DNA of 62,019 nt, counting the filler, from a candidate division TA06 bacterium SM23_40 (lineage in GTDB: Bacteria; LJUI01; SM1-40), in NCBI GenBank assembly GCA_001303705.1. It is 3 parts of 3 records of this genome, joined end to end, with 100 filler letters (N's around TTAATTAATTAA, not from the genome) between each part and the next. Parts side by side here need not be neighbours in the genome. Positions count along the whole stretch, not along the records: positions 1 to 18,750 come from LJUI01000043.1; positions 18,851 to 44,816 come from LJUI01000044.1; 1 more part is not named here. The stretch is one strand, 5' to 3'. The notes beneath the pieces were generated by a model. It did no database searches. It was not told where the DNA came from and was given only the letters and a program-made list of their open reading frames with translations. Shown here piece after piece: positions 11,369 through 21,893 of this stretch (within the stretch, counting starts at the first letter, position 1; each line of letters starts with the position of its first letter). A program made the translations under genes and the position numbers.

Positions 11369-12225
11369 ATCCAGGAGCGGGATATGCCCTGCGCGAGGGG
11401 CTGCGGCTCCTCCGCCATAACCGTGCGCTCAGCTCCATTTCCGTGGGGACGATTGCCGTCTCGCTCGTCTTCTTCGGGGTCTTCCTCATCGCGACGGTCC
11501 ATCTGGGAGGATTGATCGACTGGTTCCGCGAGAAGGTCGAGATCAGGGTCATTCTTGATGAGAGATTTCGGGCTGACGATGCGCCGGCACTCGAGGAGCG
11601 GATCCTGAGCCTCATGGGCGTGGAGCAGGCTACATTCGTCAGCAGGGAGCAGGCACTGGAGGAGCTTCGGCACGGTCTCGGGGAAGACGCCGATGTGATC
11701 GACATATTGGACGAGAATCCACTTCCGCCATCGTTCCGCGTCGAGGTCTTCGACGCATATCAGTCGCCGGAGCATATGGCCTCGCTCGGGCAGAAGCTGT
11801 CGCTCTTTCCCGGTGTGGTGGAGGTTGACTACGGCGAGCCGTGGATCGTGAGGTTGAGCCGCATGGTGCGCACACTCATAATTGTCGATGTGGTGCTGGG
11901 CATCATCGTCGCCGCATCGAGTATCTTCGTCGTCTCGAACACGATCAGGCTGGCCGCCCTGGCACGGAGAGATGTGATAGAGATCATGCAGCTCGTCGGT
12001 GCCACCGACTCGCTCGTCAGATCTCCCTTCCTTGTGGAGGGGTCAGTCCAGGGGCTTCTCGGCGGGACGATTGCGGCCGCCGTGACGGCACTTCTCTACC
12101 ATGTGACCATATCTCATCTCGGCGGGGAGCCCGCAGTACGGCCCGAGCTCTTCGTGCTGCTCATCGTCTTTGGAACGGTACTCGGGCTCATCGGGAGTGG
12201 GTTCTCTCTCCGCAAGATCGTTTAG
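11365..12225 (+). CDS. ftsX: Cell-division permease
   Basis: ENPLPPSF, SNTIRL...IEIMQLVGAT...PFLVEG; 4 TM segments. Confidence 0.92.
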   Translation: MNPGAGYALREGLRLLRHNRALSSISVGTIAVSLVFFGVFLIATVHLGGLIDWFREKVEIRVILDERFRADDAPALEERILSLMGVEQATFVSREQALEELRHGLGEDADVIDILDENPLPPSFRVEVFDAYQSPEHMASLGQKLSLFPGVVEVDYGEPWIVRLSRMVRTLIIVDVVLGIIVAASSIFVVSNTIRLAALARRDVIEIMQLVGATDSLVRSPFLVEGSVQGLLGGTIAAAVTALLYHVTISHLGGEPAVRPELFVLLIVFGTVLGLIGSGFSLRKIV

Positions 12226-12354
12226 GTACTGACGGTGCTCGTATCGCCGGCTGGTGAGTTGTCTCTGCGGATGATGGTGCAGTGGTGGAGAGGTGTGCGG
12301 GCAAGGCATGTCGATTTTCGTTCATCATCGGATCCTGATGGGAGGCAGTCGGAG

Positions 12355-13611
12355 ATGAGTTCCGTCGATTTGCGCCGTCGGCAGCTCCTCATTGCGCTCG
12401 CTGCAGCCACCATGCTCTTGGCGCAGTTGCGGCCTGCGGTGTCGCAGCTCAAATCGGAGATCGAGGAATTCGATGCCAGGATCGGCGAGAGTGAGGGCCA
12501 GCTCGAAGACCTGGCCCGGCAACTACAAAGCGCGCGTGACAGACGGCGGGAATTGGAAGGAGAGGAGAGCGGGATACTGCACCGTCTCGAGCAGAGCGAG
12601 GAGGAACTCGAACTTGCCGGGAGGCTGGTGCGGGGGCTCGAAGGGAGAGAGAGGCGGCTGACGCGTGAGATTGAGGCGCTGCGTGCAACAATCGGCGAGA
12701 CAGAAGATGACCTGAAGGGTCGTCGTCTGTTGCTCGCGAGGCGGCTTCGGGGGATCTACCTGCATGGCAATTCCCATCCGCTCCAGGTGTTGCTCGGCGC
12801 GGAGAGCTTCACTGACGCGTTTTCGAGGCTGCGCGGCCTGAGGCTCGTAGCTGCTCAGGATAGGGACCTCTATCTCGGGGTCCGTCAGACGAGACGGACA
12901 CTCGATGACCGTCACCAGGCCCTGGAGAGAACGGTGGTCGAGGTCTCAGGTATCCGCGAGCAGGCAGAGCGGGAGGAGGCGGCGATCGCCAGAAGACAGC
13001 AGGCTCGACAGGACCTGCTCGAGGAGGTGAGGGCAGAGGCAGAGGCGCAGCAGCGTCTCGAGAGAGAACTCGAGCAGGCCGCGGTGGAGCTGGAGGCGCT
13101 CGTCGCCGAGCTCGAACGGAAACGTCAGGAGACGGTGGCACGGCTGCAGGCCGAGCGGGCGGCGGCCGAGGCGGCGGCGCGCGCCTCGCTCCCCGCGATC
13201 GGTAGTTTCGGCGAGACGCCTGGCACGCTGCCGTGGCCGGTGCAGGGAGAGATCATCTCCAGCTTCGGAATGAAGAAGCACCCGAAGTATGGAACATCCA
13301 CCCGCAATAACGGTGTCGATATCCGCGCCCCACTCGGCACCCCGGTGCGGTGTGTGGCTGACGGCCTGGTCGCGTACGCCGATCGGTTTCTGGGGTATGG
13401 GAAGTTGATCCTTGTCGAGCACGGTGACGGCGTGTATACTCTGTATGGGCACCTCGATCAGATAGGTGTGACGGTGGGAGAGGTGTTGGCAAAGGGCGAT
13501 GTGGTGGGGACGGTCGGGGATACAGGATCTCTCGAGGGACCGAAACTCCACTTCGAGGTTAGACAGGAAGGCGCGCCGGTCGATCCACTTTCCTGGCTCC
13601 AAGGAGGGTGA
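12355..13611 (+). CDS. envC: EnvC-like murein hydrolase activator (coiled coil plus M23/LytM domain)
   Basis: Long coiled coil; LPWPVQG, NNGVDI, YTLYGH, LHFEVR; follows ftsEX; GGAGG 9 nt before ATG 12355. Confidence 0.85.
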   Translation: MSSVDLRRRQLLIALAAATMLLAQLRPAVSQLKSEIEEFDARIGESEGQLEDLARQLQSARDRRRELEGEESGILHRLEQSEEELELAGRLVRGLEGRERRLTREIEALRATIGETEDDLKGRRLLLARRLRGIYLHGNSHPLQVLLGAESFTDAFSRLRGLRLVAAQDRDLYLGVRQTRRTLDDRHQALERTVVEVSGIREQAEREEAAIARRQQARQDLLEEVRAEAEAQQRLERELEQAAVELEALVAELERKRQETVARLQAERAAAEAAARASLPAIGSFGETPGTLPWPVQGEIISSFGMKKHPKYGTSTRNNGVDIRAPLGTPVRCVADGLVAYADRFLGYGKLILVEHGDGVYTLYGHLDQIGVTVGEVLAKGDVVGTVGDTGSLEGPKLHFEVRQEGAPVDPLSWLQGG

Positions 13612-13617
13612 GGGGAG

Positions 13618-14733
13618 ATGGCGTTCAGCCAGTTGATCGGGCAGGAGCGGGCGAAGAGGATGCTCTCACGGCTCATCGCCAGCCACCGCGTCGGAGGTAC
13701 GTACCTGTTCTTCGGACCCGAAGGGGTGGGCAAACGGACGACAGCTCTGCTCTTCGCGCAGGCGCTCAATTGCGCGGGCCCGGATGCAGCCGAAGGCGAG
13801 CCATGTGGCGCCTGTCCATCCTGCCGGAAGATCCTGCACGGGAACCATCCTGACATCCGTTACCTGTTTCCCCTCTCAAGAGCCGGGAAGGGGGCGCTCG
13901 ACGATTTACTTCACGATGCCCGGTGGGGCGAGCATGGGCCGAGGTTCGACCGCGCAGCATCGATCTCGATCGAGGGAGTGAGGGATCTCCGGCATGAGAT
14001 CGCACACCGTCCGTTCGTCGGGAGGATGCGGGCTGTGATCGTCTGCCGCGCAGAGCGCATGACTACTGAGGCGGCGAACGCCTTTCTCAAGATGCTGGAA
14101 GAGCCGCCGCCGGCGACGATCTACGTGCTCACCACGGCCAGACCACAAGCTCTTCTCGCCACTGTCCGTTCGCGGTGCCAGCCGATTCCGTTCGCCCGGC
14201 TCGCATCCGAGAGCATTGAGCACGCACTCATCGACCGTTTCGGGATCGATCAGGTGGTCGCATCGGCGAGCGCGGGCATGGCTAACGGCAGTCTGGGCCG
14301 AGCCCTCGATCTGGCCACAGGGAGCCTGGAGGAGGAACGCCAGCAGGCGCTCGACTTGATGCAGACCGCCGGTACGGGTCTGGAGGAGGTCCCGGAACTC
14401 GTCCAGAAGCTGGCCAGGCAGAGCGACCGAGGGGAAATCCAGCGAATGCTCGAACTCCTGCTGACCATCTGGCGGGACGTGATGGTCCTCAAGGTGCGTG
14501 CTCGCGCGCACCTGGTGAATGAGGATCTGGGGAACGAACTGACGGCAGAGGGGAGAGATCTCTCCCTGGACGAGATTGTGCAGACGATCAGGGCGATCGA
14601 TGAGACGCTGCGTGCCGTCGAGGGGAATGTGAACCTTGGTCTGGCGCTCGCCTATCTCGTCTCTCGGCTGAGTCGTGGGATGGGCGGAGCCGAAGTATGG
14701 GCCCGCTCACCGGGCCCCAGTGCAATCATGTGA
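13618..14733 (+). CDS. holB: DNA polymerase III delta-prime subunit
   Basis: GPEGVGK, C..CGACPSC zinc motif, HPD, AANAFLKMLEEPP, VRSRCQ. Confidence 0.92.
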   Translation: MAFSQLIGQERAKRMLSRLIASHRVGGTYLFFGPEGVGKRTTALLFAQALNCAGPDAAEGEPCGACPSCRKILHGNHPDIRYLFPLSRAGKGALDDLLHDARWGEHGPRFDRAASISIEGVRDLRHEIAHRPFVGRMRAVIVCRAERMTTEAANAFLKMLEEPPPATIYVLTTARPQALLATVRSRCQPIPFARLASESIEHALIDRFGIDQVVASASAGMANGSLGRALDLATGSLEEERQQALDLMQTAGTGLEEVPELVQKLARQSDRGEIQRMLELLLTIWRDVMVLKVRARAHLVNEDLGNELTAEGRDLSLDEIVQTIRAIDETLRAVEGNVNLGLALAYLVSRLSRGMGGAEVWARSPGPSAIM

Positions 14734-14752
14734 CATTTGGATGGTCGATGAT

Positions 14753-15613
14753 ATGGCTGACGCAATCATAGAGGTTGAGTTTCGAGCCAAGCGGCGCGAT
14801 CGATTCATTGCCGACGAGTCACTCGAACTGGAACTGGGTGAACGTGTGCTCGTCGAGGCGGAGAAGGGCGTAGACATGGGGACCGTCGTTGGGATCTTCG
14901 CCCCTCCGGAGTCAGACGGATTTCCGGAGAAGCGTGTCGTGCGACGCATCGATGGCGCGGATCTCGAGCAATTGGCGAGAAACCGCCTCAAGGAGTTCGA
15001 GGCGCTGGCCATATGCCAGGAACGAGTCAGGCACCATGGTCTCTCGATGAAGCTGGTTGGTGTGGAGCAGCAGTTCGACAACAAGAAGCTCACGTTCTAC
15101 TTCACCGCTGAGAGGCGCGTCGACTTCCGCGCGCTGGTCAAAGATCTGGCGGGGATCTTCAAGACTCGTATCGAGATGCGACAGATCGGCGTGCGCGACC
15201 ATGCGAAGTGGCTCGGTGGGTACGGAAACTGTGGGAGGGGTCTCTGCTGCGCGACGTTCGTTCGGGACTTCGAACCTGTCACGCTCCAGATGGCTCGCGA
15301 TCAGAACCTGTGGGTGAATCCTGCAAAGATGTCGGGCGTGTGCGGACGGCTGATGTGTTGCCTGATGTTCGAGCGATCCTTCTATCTGGAGATGAGTGAG
15401 AAGCTTCCTATTGTGGGGAGCAAAGTAGTAACGGAGCGGGGCAAGGGAAGGGTGATGAAGCGAGACCTCTTCAGGGAGATCGTCTCGGTTCAGTATCGGG
15501 ATGGGGTCGAGGAGGAAGTCACTGTGGATCAGTTGGAGGAGGAGCGAAAGACGAGGAGAGGTCCGCTCCGGTTTCTGTCGAAGCGCAAAGGCAGACAGAG
15601 AAAGCAGCAGTAG
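14753..15613 (+). CDS. ricT: PSP1-domain protein (RicT/YaaT)
   Basis: FYFTAERRVDFRALVKDL, RIEMRQIGVRD, CGRGLCC, SGVCGRLMCCL. Confidence 0.9.
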   Translation: MADAIIEVEFRAKRRDRFIADESLELELGERVLVEAEKGVDMGTVVGIFAPPESDGFPEKRVVRRIDGADLEQLARNRLKEFEALAICQERVRHHGLSMKLVGVEQQFDNKKLTFYFTAERRVDFRALVKDLAGIFKTRIEMRQIGVRDHAKWLGGYGNCGRGLCCATFVRDFEPVTLQMARDQNLWVNPAKMSGVCGRLMCCLMFERSFYLEMSEKLPIVGSKVVTERGKGRVMKRDLFREIVSVQYRDGVEEEVTVDQLEEERKTRRGPLRFLSKRKGRQRKQQ

Positions 15614-15628
15614 AGGGACATCGGTACG

Positions 15629-17662
15629 ATGAGCAGGCTGTTGGTGACAAGCGCACTCCCTTATGCGAATGGTCCCATCCATCTCGGGCACCTGGCTGGC
15701 TGCTATCTGCCCGCCGACATCTTCGTCCGCTATCACCGGCTCAAAGGGACAGAGGTACTGTACATCTGCGGGACTGATGAGCACGGCGTTCCCATCACAA
15801 TTCAGGCAGAAGCGGAGGGTGTCTCGCCACAGGAGATAGTCGATCGGTACTACGAAAACATAAAGACGAGCTTCGCAGAGATGGGCATCTTGTTCGACAA
15901 CTTCTCCCGCACCACACGGGAGATCCACCATCGCCTTGCTCAGGACTTCTTCCTCAGGCTGCTGGAGAAGGGATATATGGATGTGCGGGAGGTAGAGCAG
16001 TTCTACTGTCCGAACTGCGAGCGGTTTCTTGCCGATCGGTATATCGTGGGGACCTGCCCTCACTGTCAGGCAGATAGAGCGCGCGGCGACGTCTGCGAGC
16101 AGTGCGGGCGGTGGCTGGAGCCGGAAGTGCTGATCGACCCCCAGTGCAAGATCTGCGGGAGCCGTCCGAGCCCGCGCAGCACGACACACTGGTTCTTCAA
16201 ACTGAGTGAGTTTCAGGAGAGTCTTGAACAATGGCTGGCCGAGAAGAAAGATTGGCGTCCCAGCGTATTGAATCTATGCCGCGGCTGGTTCAGGGAGGGA
16301 TTGGAGGATCGCCCTATTACCAGGGATCAGGAGTGGGGTGTGAAGGTCCCTCTGCCAGAGGGCGAGGGGAAAGTGCTCTATGTCTGGTTCGACGCCCCCA
16401 TTGGATACATCTCCTCAACGGTCGAGTGGGCAGAACTCCAGGGGAACACTGATGCATGGCGGACCTGGTGGCTCGATCATGATACTCAACTCGTTCACTT
16501 TCTGGCAAAGGACAACATCGTCTTCCATGCGATCATCTGGCCGGCGATGCTGATGGGGTACGGTCAGTACATCCTGCCTGGATCTATCCCCGCCAACGAG
16601 TTTCTCAATCTGGAAGGACGTAAACTCTCCACGAGCGAGAACTGGGCGGTTTGGCTCCCCGATTATCTGCGCGAATTCGAGCCCGATCCGCTTCGCTACT
16701 GCCTCACGGTCAATGCGCCCGAAGGACGTGACTCGGACTTCTCGTGGAGAGACTTCCAGGTGCGAAATAACAACGAACTGGCTGATATCCTCGGGAACTT
16801 CGTGAACAGAACAGTCGCATTCGTGGAACGCTATTATGGAGGGAAAATCCCTGAGGCGGGGGCGCTCGCCACCGAAGATCGGGAGGTGCTGGCGGAGATC
16901 GAGTCGGCGCCTGGCCGCATCGGCGAGGCAATCGAGAGATTCGAGTTCAAGCGCGCCCTCAGGGAACTGATGAAGCTCGCGGAACGAGGGAACAAGTACT
17001 TCAACGATCAGGAACCGTGGCGGACAATCAACGATGATCCCGGGCTGTGCGCGGCAACAATCGTCACCTGTCTCAGGTTGGTGTCGGCCATATCGTTTCT
17101 GGGAGAGCCGTTTCTTCCCTTCACCACACACAAGATCCGTTGTATCCTCGGCCTCGAAGAAAGGCGGGATGAAGTCCACTGGGATGATGCTGTCTGGGAG
17201 ACACTCCGACCAGGGCATCGTATAGGTAAGCTCGAGATACTGTTTCGCAAGATCGACGATGAGACCATTCAGCGACAGGTTGCGAAACTGGGAAAAAAGG
17301 AGGACAAGGAAATCGTGGCACCGACTCCGGAAGCGAAAGAGGAGCTGGGGATTGAGGACTTTTCGAAGCTCGACTTGCGGGTGGCCGAGGTCAAGACGGC
17401 CGAGCGCGTCCCGGGCACCGACAAGCTCATTACTCTCCAGATCGAGATGGGCGAAGAACGACGCCAGATCGTAGCCGGCATCGGCGCCGAGTACGAGGCC
17501 GACGAGCTCATAGGGAAGAAGATCGTCGTCGTCGCCAACCTGAGGAAGGTGAAGATACGCGGTGTGGAGTCGCACGGCATGCTGCTCGCCGCGTCGCATC
17601 AGTCGCACATCTCGCTTGTCGTGCTCGACCGAGACATAGAGACCGGCGCGGGTGTGAGCTGA
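15629..17662 (+). CDS. metG: Methionine--tRNA ligase with C-terminal tRNA-binding domain
   Basis: ALPYANGPIHLGH, GTDEHG, zinc knuckles, YVWFDA, KLSTS, Trbp111-like tail. Confidence 0.97.
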   Translation: MSRLLVTSALPYANGPIHLGHLAGCYLPADIFVRYHRLKGTEVLYICGTDEHGVPITIQAEAEGVSPQEIVDRYYENIKTSFAEMGILFDNFSRTTREIHHRLAQDFFLRLLEKGYMDVREVEQFYCPNCERFLADRYIVGTCPHCQADRARGDVCEQCGRWLEPEVLIDPQCKICGSRPSPRSTTHWFFKLSEFQESLEQWLAEKKDWRPSVLNLCRGWFREGLEDRPITRDQEWGVKVPLPEGEGKVLYVWFDAPIGYISSTVEWAELQGNTDAWRTWWLDHDTQLVHFLAKDNIVFHAIIWPAMLMGYGQYILPGSIPANEFLNLEGRKLSTSENWAVWLPDYLREFEPDPLRYCLTVNAPEGRDSDFSWRDFQVRNNNELADILGNFVNRTVAFVERYYGGKIPEAGALATEDREVLAEIESAPGRIGEAIERFEFKRALRELMKLAERGNKYFNDQEPWRTINDDPGLCAATIVTCLRLVSAISFLGEPFLPFTTHKIRCILGLEERRDEVHWDDAVWETLRPGHRIGKLEILFRKIDDETIQRQVAKLGKKEDKEIVAPTPEAKEELGIEDFSKLDLRVAEVKTAERVPGTDKLITLQIEMGEERRQIVAGIGAEYEADELIGKKIVVVANLRKVKIRGVESHGMLLAASHQSHISLVVLDRDIETGAGVS

Positions 17663-17667
17663 CGACG

Positions 17668-18444
17668 ATGGCCGGCCTCATCGATACACACACCCATCTC
17701 AGCCTGCGACAATTCCGGCGCGACAGGGAAGAGGTGATCGCCCGGGCGATTGATGGCGGAGTCGAGGCAATGGTCGAGGTGGGTGTTGATGTTGCTACCA
17801 GTCGGAAAGCCGTCGAGCTGGCGGAGTCGCATCGTCATGTCCGGGCTACAGTGGGAGTCCATCCGCACGACGCCAGGGAATTGAACGGCGACGTGCTGGA
17901 TGAGCTGGGCACCTTGGCGGATAATGAACGCACGGTAGCCATAGGCGAGATCGGACTCGATTATCACCGCGATCTGTCACCGCGCCCCGTTCAGCGTCGT
18001 GCGTTCGCACAGCAGATCGCTCTCGCGCAGACACACGGGCTCCCCATCGTTGTCCATGTCCGGAAAGCTCACCGGGAGGCACTCGAGATACTGGCGCGAG
18101 AGGCCTGCGGGATAGGCGGCGTGCTTCACTGCTGGTCGGGAGATATGGCGCAGGCGCGGCGCGCCCTCGATCTCGGATTCCAGCTCGGGGTGGGAGGGTC
18201 GATCACGTATGATGGGAGGCGTCTGGCGGAGATCGTGCGGCGGATTCCGCTCACCTCGATTGTGCTCGAGACAGACGCTCCTTACCTCGCTCCCGTGCCC
18301 CATCGAGGCGAGAGAAACGAGCCGGCATACGTTCAGTACGTCGCTTCTCATCTTGCTCAGGTGCTCGGGATCGACGTTGAGGAGATCGCGGCGACAACGG
18401 GACGCACGGCTCGACAGATATTCGGGGGGCTCGGACCGGAGTAG
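17668..18444 (+). CDS. tatD: TatD-family nuclease
   Basis: DTHTH, GVHPH, IGEIGLDY, LETDAPYLAP. Confidence 0.93.
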   Translation: MAGLIDTHTHLSLRQFRRDREEVIARAIDGGVEAMVEVGVDVATSRKAVELAESHRHVRATVGVHPHDARELNGDVLDELGTLADNERTVAIGEIGLDYHRDLSPRPVQRRAFAQQIALAQTHGLPIVVHVRKAHREALEILAREACGIGGVLHCWSGDMAQARRALDLGFQLGVGGSITYDGRRLAEIVRRIPLTSIVLETDAPYLAPVPHRGERNEPAYVQYVASHLAQVLGIDVEEIAATTGRTARQIFGGLGPE

Positions 18445-18453
18445 GATGATTCC

Positions 18454-18750
18454 ATGAAATCGGTGTCACAGATGTTGAAGGCCTGCGGCATCCGCCCCAG
18501 TCGCCGGCTCGGACAGTCGTTTCTCACGGATGAGCGGATTGCGTCGAGGGTCGTTGGTGCCGCGGAACTGAGGGAAGGAGAGGTGGCCCTGGAGATCGGG
18601 CCCGGGCTTGGGATCCTCACCGAGCAGCTGCTGGAGAGGGCGTCGAAGGTCGTCGCGATCGAGATCGACGAGCGCCTGTGCAATTTGCTCTCGAGCCGAT
18701 TCGGGGGAGATGACCGCTTCATTCTTCTCAACAAAGATGTGCTCAGCGTT
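18454..18750 (+). CDS. rsmA: 16S rRNA dimethyladenosine transferase, cut by contig end
   Basis: RRLGQSFL, LEIGPGLGILT, AIEID. Confidence 0.92.
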
Positions 18751-18850
18751 NNNNNNNNNNNNNNNNNNNNNNNNNNNNNNNNNNNNNNNNNNNNTTAATT
18801 AATTAANNNNNNNNNNNNNNNNNNNNNNNNNNNNNNNNNNNNNNNNNNNN
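18751..18850. other. Artificial contig junction
   Basis: N-run containing TTAATTAATTAA (stops in all six frames). Confidence 0.97.
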
Positions 18851-19193
18851 TGCCGGACTCACTCTCAAGGCGGCCGCTCAGCTCAGCTCACAGAAACACG
18901 CACGGCTACCTCCTCGGACCTCCTGCTGCCAGGCCCGAAGCACGTAGCCGTTGACCTGCCCGCTATTCTCCCGATCCGAGAAAACCACTCGGCCTGCCCT
19001 TAGCGGGCACTCCCCCCATACTCGACCGCCGCCACCATATGAAAACCCATCCACAGATCGTCACACCACACCCTCTCCCCTCCGCGCCGGGCCACCCCCT
19101 CCACTGCAGGCAGCCAGCGGGGCCGGATCCAACCCATTCTACTCGCTGAGTGTACCTCTTCCACTCCGCCACGGCTGCTCCGCGGTCGACTGG

Positions 19194-19577
19194 CTACCGC
19201 CAGTGCCCGGGCACCCAAACCCAGCCGCGAGGTTTCTTGTCCCAGTGACCCGGCACCCAGGCAGAACCACGGGGCTTCTTCTCCCAGTGTCCCTGCACCC
19301 AAACGTATGAATTGCCGTCCCACCTCCAGTATCCGGGTACCCACACCGCCTTTCGCGTCGGCCTCGGCGGCTTGACTTCGGCCCGGGGACCGGGCGGAGC
19401 CTTCTGAACGTACACCACTTCCACAGAAGTCGAGGGTTGTGTGACGACGACCATCCTGGCCGGGCGCGGAGCGCATCCACCCGTTGCTAGCACCAGCGCG
19501 GCAGCAAGGAGTATGGCGAGGCCGAGACAACACACGGTGCGCATCGTATGGCCTCTCGCCTGCAGCTTCAGGCTCAT
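19194..19577 (-). CDS. WXXGXW (YXWGXW) repeat protein, probable lipoprotein
   Basis: Hydrophobic leader ending TGGC; WVPGYW, WVQGHW, WVPGHW x2; GAGGAG upstream. Confidence 0.8.
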   Translation of the reverse strand: MSLKLQARGHTMRTVCCLGLAILLAAALVLATGGCAPRPARMVVVTQPSTSVEVVYVQKAPPGPRAEVKPPRPTRKAVWVPGYWRWDGNSYVWVQGHWEKKPRGSAWVPGHWDKKPRGWVWVPGHWR

Positions 19578-19937
19578 GGGTCTTCTCCTCTCGGTTGAAT
19601 TCGCACCTTCCATCTCCAGCGCATTCGGACCGGATACGACCCTCCCGATACACACGCCCGCCTGCCCTGCAGCTCTTGATTCCTGCTCCCGTACGCACGG
19701 TTCTGCGTCGCTTCCCCCTGAGCTCTCCTCCTAACAGAAGCCGACATGTAGCCCGGCGTCTCAATCGCTCCGAGGCGCCGGTCAGTTGCAGAAGTAACCG
19801 CTCCCTTGCCGCACAGACAACCCGCGGAGGACTGCTTGAGAAGCAGACACGAGCCGACCCTGCGTTCCATGTCACAGAAACCGCTGCCTCCCATCCTGCA
19901 GCACTCTCACCAGATGATCACCACAAAACGCCTCTCT

Positions 19938-21893
19938 CTACTCATATCGCAGAGCCTCAATCGGGTTCATGAACGCCGCCTTCCGCGCCGGAACGAACCC
20001 GAAGAAGATCCCTACCGCAAAGGCGAACGAGCAGGAGAGCAGCACAGATCCGGTGGTGATGACGGTCGGCCAGTCACCAAAATGACTCATGAGTGTGCTG
20101 ACCAGCATGCCGAGAAGAATGCCGATGGCGCCGCCGCTCAGCGAAAGCGTGACTGCCTCTATGAGAAACTGGCTCAAGATGTCCCGTTTCTGCGCGCCGA
20201 TCGCCTTCCGGATTCCGATCTCGCGCGTCCTCTCGCTGACGGAGACGAACATGATATTCATGATACCGATTCCACCCACGATGAGGCTGACGGTCGCAAC
20301 TCCGGCGAGGAGCATGGTGAATGTCCTGCTTGTCTCCTGGACTGCAGAAAGGATTTCCGCCTGGGACCTGACGTTGAAGTCCAGTTCCTGATCCTCTCTG
20401 ATATCATGTCTGTCGCGGAGAAGAGCGGTAATCTCACGCGATGCCCTATCCATGACGTCCTCGTCCGTTGCCTGGACATTGATCCTCGACACGTAATCGA
20501 CTCCAAACAGCCGCTTCTGGGCAGTTCTCAGCGGAATGAAGATGACGTCATCCTCATCCGTCCACCCACTACTACCTTTTTCACTCATGACGCCGGCGAC
20601 CTGGAAGATGACGCGCTCGATTCTGATGTACTCCCCTACCGGGTCTTCCTCGCCGAAAAGTTCCTCCACTACCGTCTTTCCCAGAACTGCCACCCGGCGC
20701 ATGAGCCTGTTGTCCTCATCTGTGATGAAAGAACCTCTGTCGAGCGGGAAGTTCCTCACTTCTGGATAGTTCGGCGTCACCCCGCTTATGGAAGTGTTCG
20801 TATTGCTGTTTCCGTAGACTACCTGACCCCTGCCGGAGTACATGGCATCGACCTTCGCGACTGACGGACACTCTTCGGCGATACTCTGTGCGTCCTCGAA
20901 GGTGAGGGTAGTCATGCTGCCCGGTGCTCCCCGCGCCGGTCCTCTATGGTACGCCCCTGGCCGCACCGTAAGGAGATTCGCCCCGAGCTGACTGATCCGT
21001 TCGGTGATCTGAGCGCCGGCGCCCTGGCCGATTGCTATCATCGCAATCACAGATGCGATGCCGACTATGATTCCGAGCATCGTCAAGGAACTGCGAAGCT
21101 TGTTGGAGAAGATGGCGAACATGGCCATCAACAGACTCTCTTTCAGCTCGGCGATCGACAGCTTCCTCTTCTTTTTGTCGCCGCGGAGATATGCAGGGAC
21201 CTCGTCAGGCGCGGGCCGATCCGGTATCTTCTCATCTTCGACGACTTCGCCGTCTTTCAGGCGGATTATCCTCTGGGCATGCGAGGCCACCGACTCATCG
21301 TGCGTCACGACAATGACGGTGATGCCCCTTTTGTGAAGCTCAGCCAGGATCGACAGTATCTCCTGGCCGGACCGAGAGTCGAGATTCCCGGTCGGCTCAT
21401 CGGCCAGGATTATCGACGGTTCATTCGCCAGTGCTCGTGCTATCGCGACCCTCTGTCGTTCTCCGCCCGACAACTCGGTCGGCCTGTGCAGGGCTCTATC
21501 TCCCAGATTCACGGCCTCCAAGGCATTCATCGCCCTCTGCCTGCGCTTATCTTGACCGCCAGCATAGATGAGCGGGAGTTCTACGTTGCTCAATGCTGTG
21601 AGACGAGGCAGAAGATTGAACGTCTGGAAGACGAACCCTACTCTCTCGTTCCGTATCTCAGCAAGTTCCGAATCGGACAACTGACTGACACTTGTGCCAT
21701 CCAACCGGTACTGGCCGCTCGTAGAGACATCGAGACAGCCGAGAATATTCAACAGGGTGGACTTGCCCGAACCCGATGGTCCCATGATGGCTACGAACTC
21801 ACCGGTTTCTATCGCCAATGAGACATCCTTCAGAGCGGGCACTCTAACCACGCCCATTCTGTAGATCTTGCTCACATTCTTCAGTTCTATCAA
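19938..21893 (-). CDS. macB: MacB-family ABC transporter (fused ATPase and permease)
   Basis: [57 protein letters not shown]. Confidence 0.93.
   Translation of the reverse strand: MIELKNVSKIYRMGVVRVPALKDVSLAIETGEFVAIMGPSGSGKSTLLNILGCLDVSTSGQYRLDGTSVSQLSDSELAEIRNERVGFVFQTFNLLPRLTALSNVELPLIYAGGQDKRRQRAMNALEAVNLGDRALHRPTELSGGERQRVAIARALANEPSIILADEPTGNLDSRSGQEILSILAELHKRGITVIVVTHDESVASHAQRIIRLKDGEVVEDEKIPDRPAPDEVPAYLRGDKKKRKLSIAELKESLLMAMFAIFSNKLRSSLTMLGIIVGIASVIAMIAIGQGAGAQITERISQLGANLLTVRPGAYHRGPARGAPGSMTTLTFEDAQSIAEECPSVAKVDAMYSGRGQVVYGNSNTNTSISGVTPNYPEVRNFPLDRGSFITDEDNRLMRRVAVLGKTVVEELFGEEDPVGEYIRIERVIFQVAGVMSEKGSSGWTDEDDVIFIPLRTAQKRLFGVDYVSRINVQATDEDVMDRASREITALLRDRHDIREDQELDFNVRSQAEILSAVQETSRTFTMLLAGVATVSLIVGGIGIMNIMFVSVSERTREIGIRKAIGAQKRDILSQFLIEAVTLSLSGGAIGILLGMLVSTLMSHFGDWPTVITTGSVLLSCSFAFAVGIFFGFVPARKAAFMNPIEALRYE

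Noticed and set aside
18751-18850. TTAATTAATTAA palindrome inside N-runs (also 44817-44916)
   Set aside because: Artificial contig linker; adjacency across it has no biological meaning, and the rsmA, flippase and CCG-protein truncations are not pseudogenes.
18851-18915. Minus-strand GAGGAGG followed by GTG at the contig edge
   Set aside because: The frame stops after six codons; no gene can be supported.
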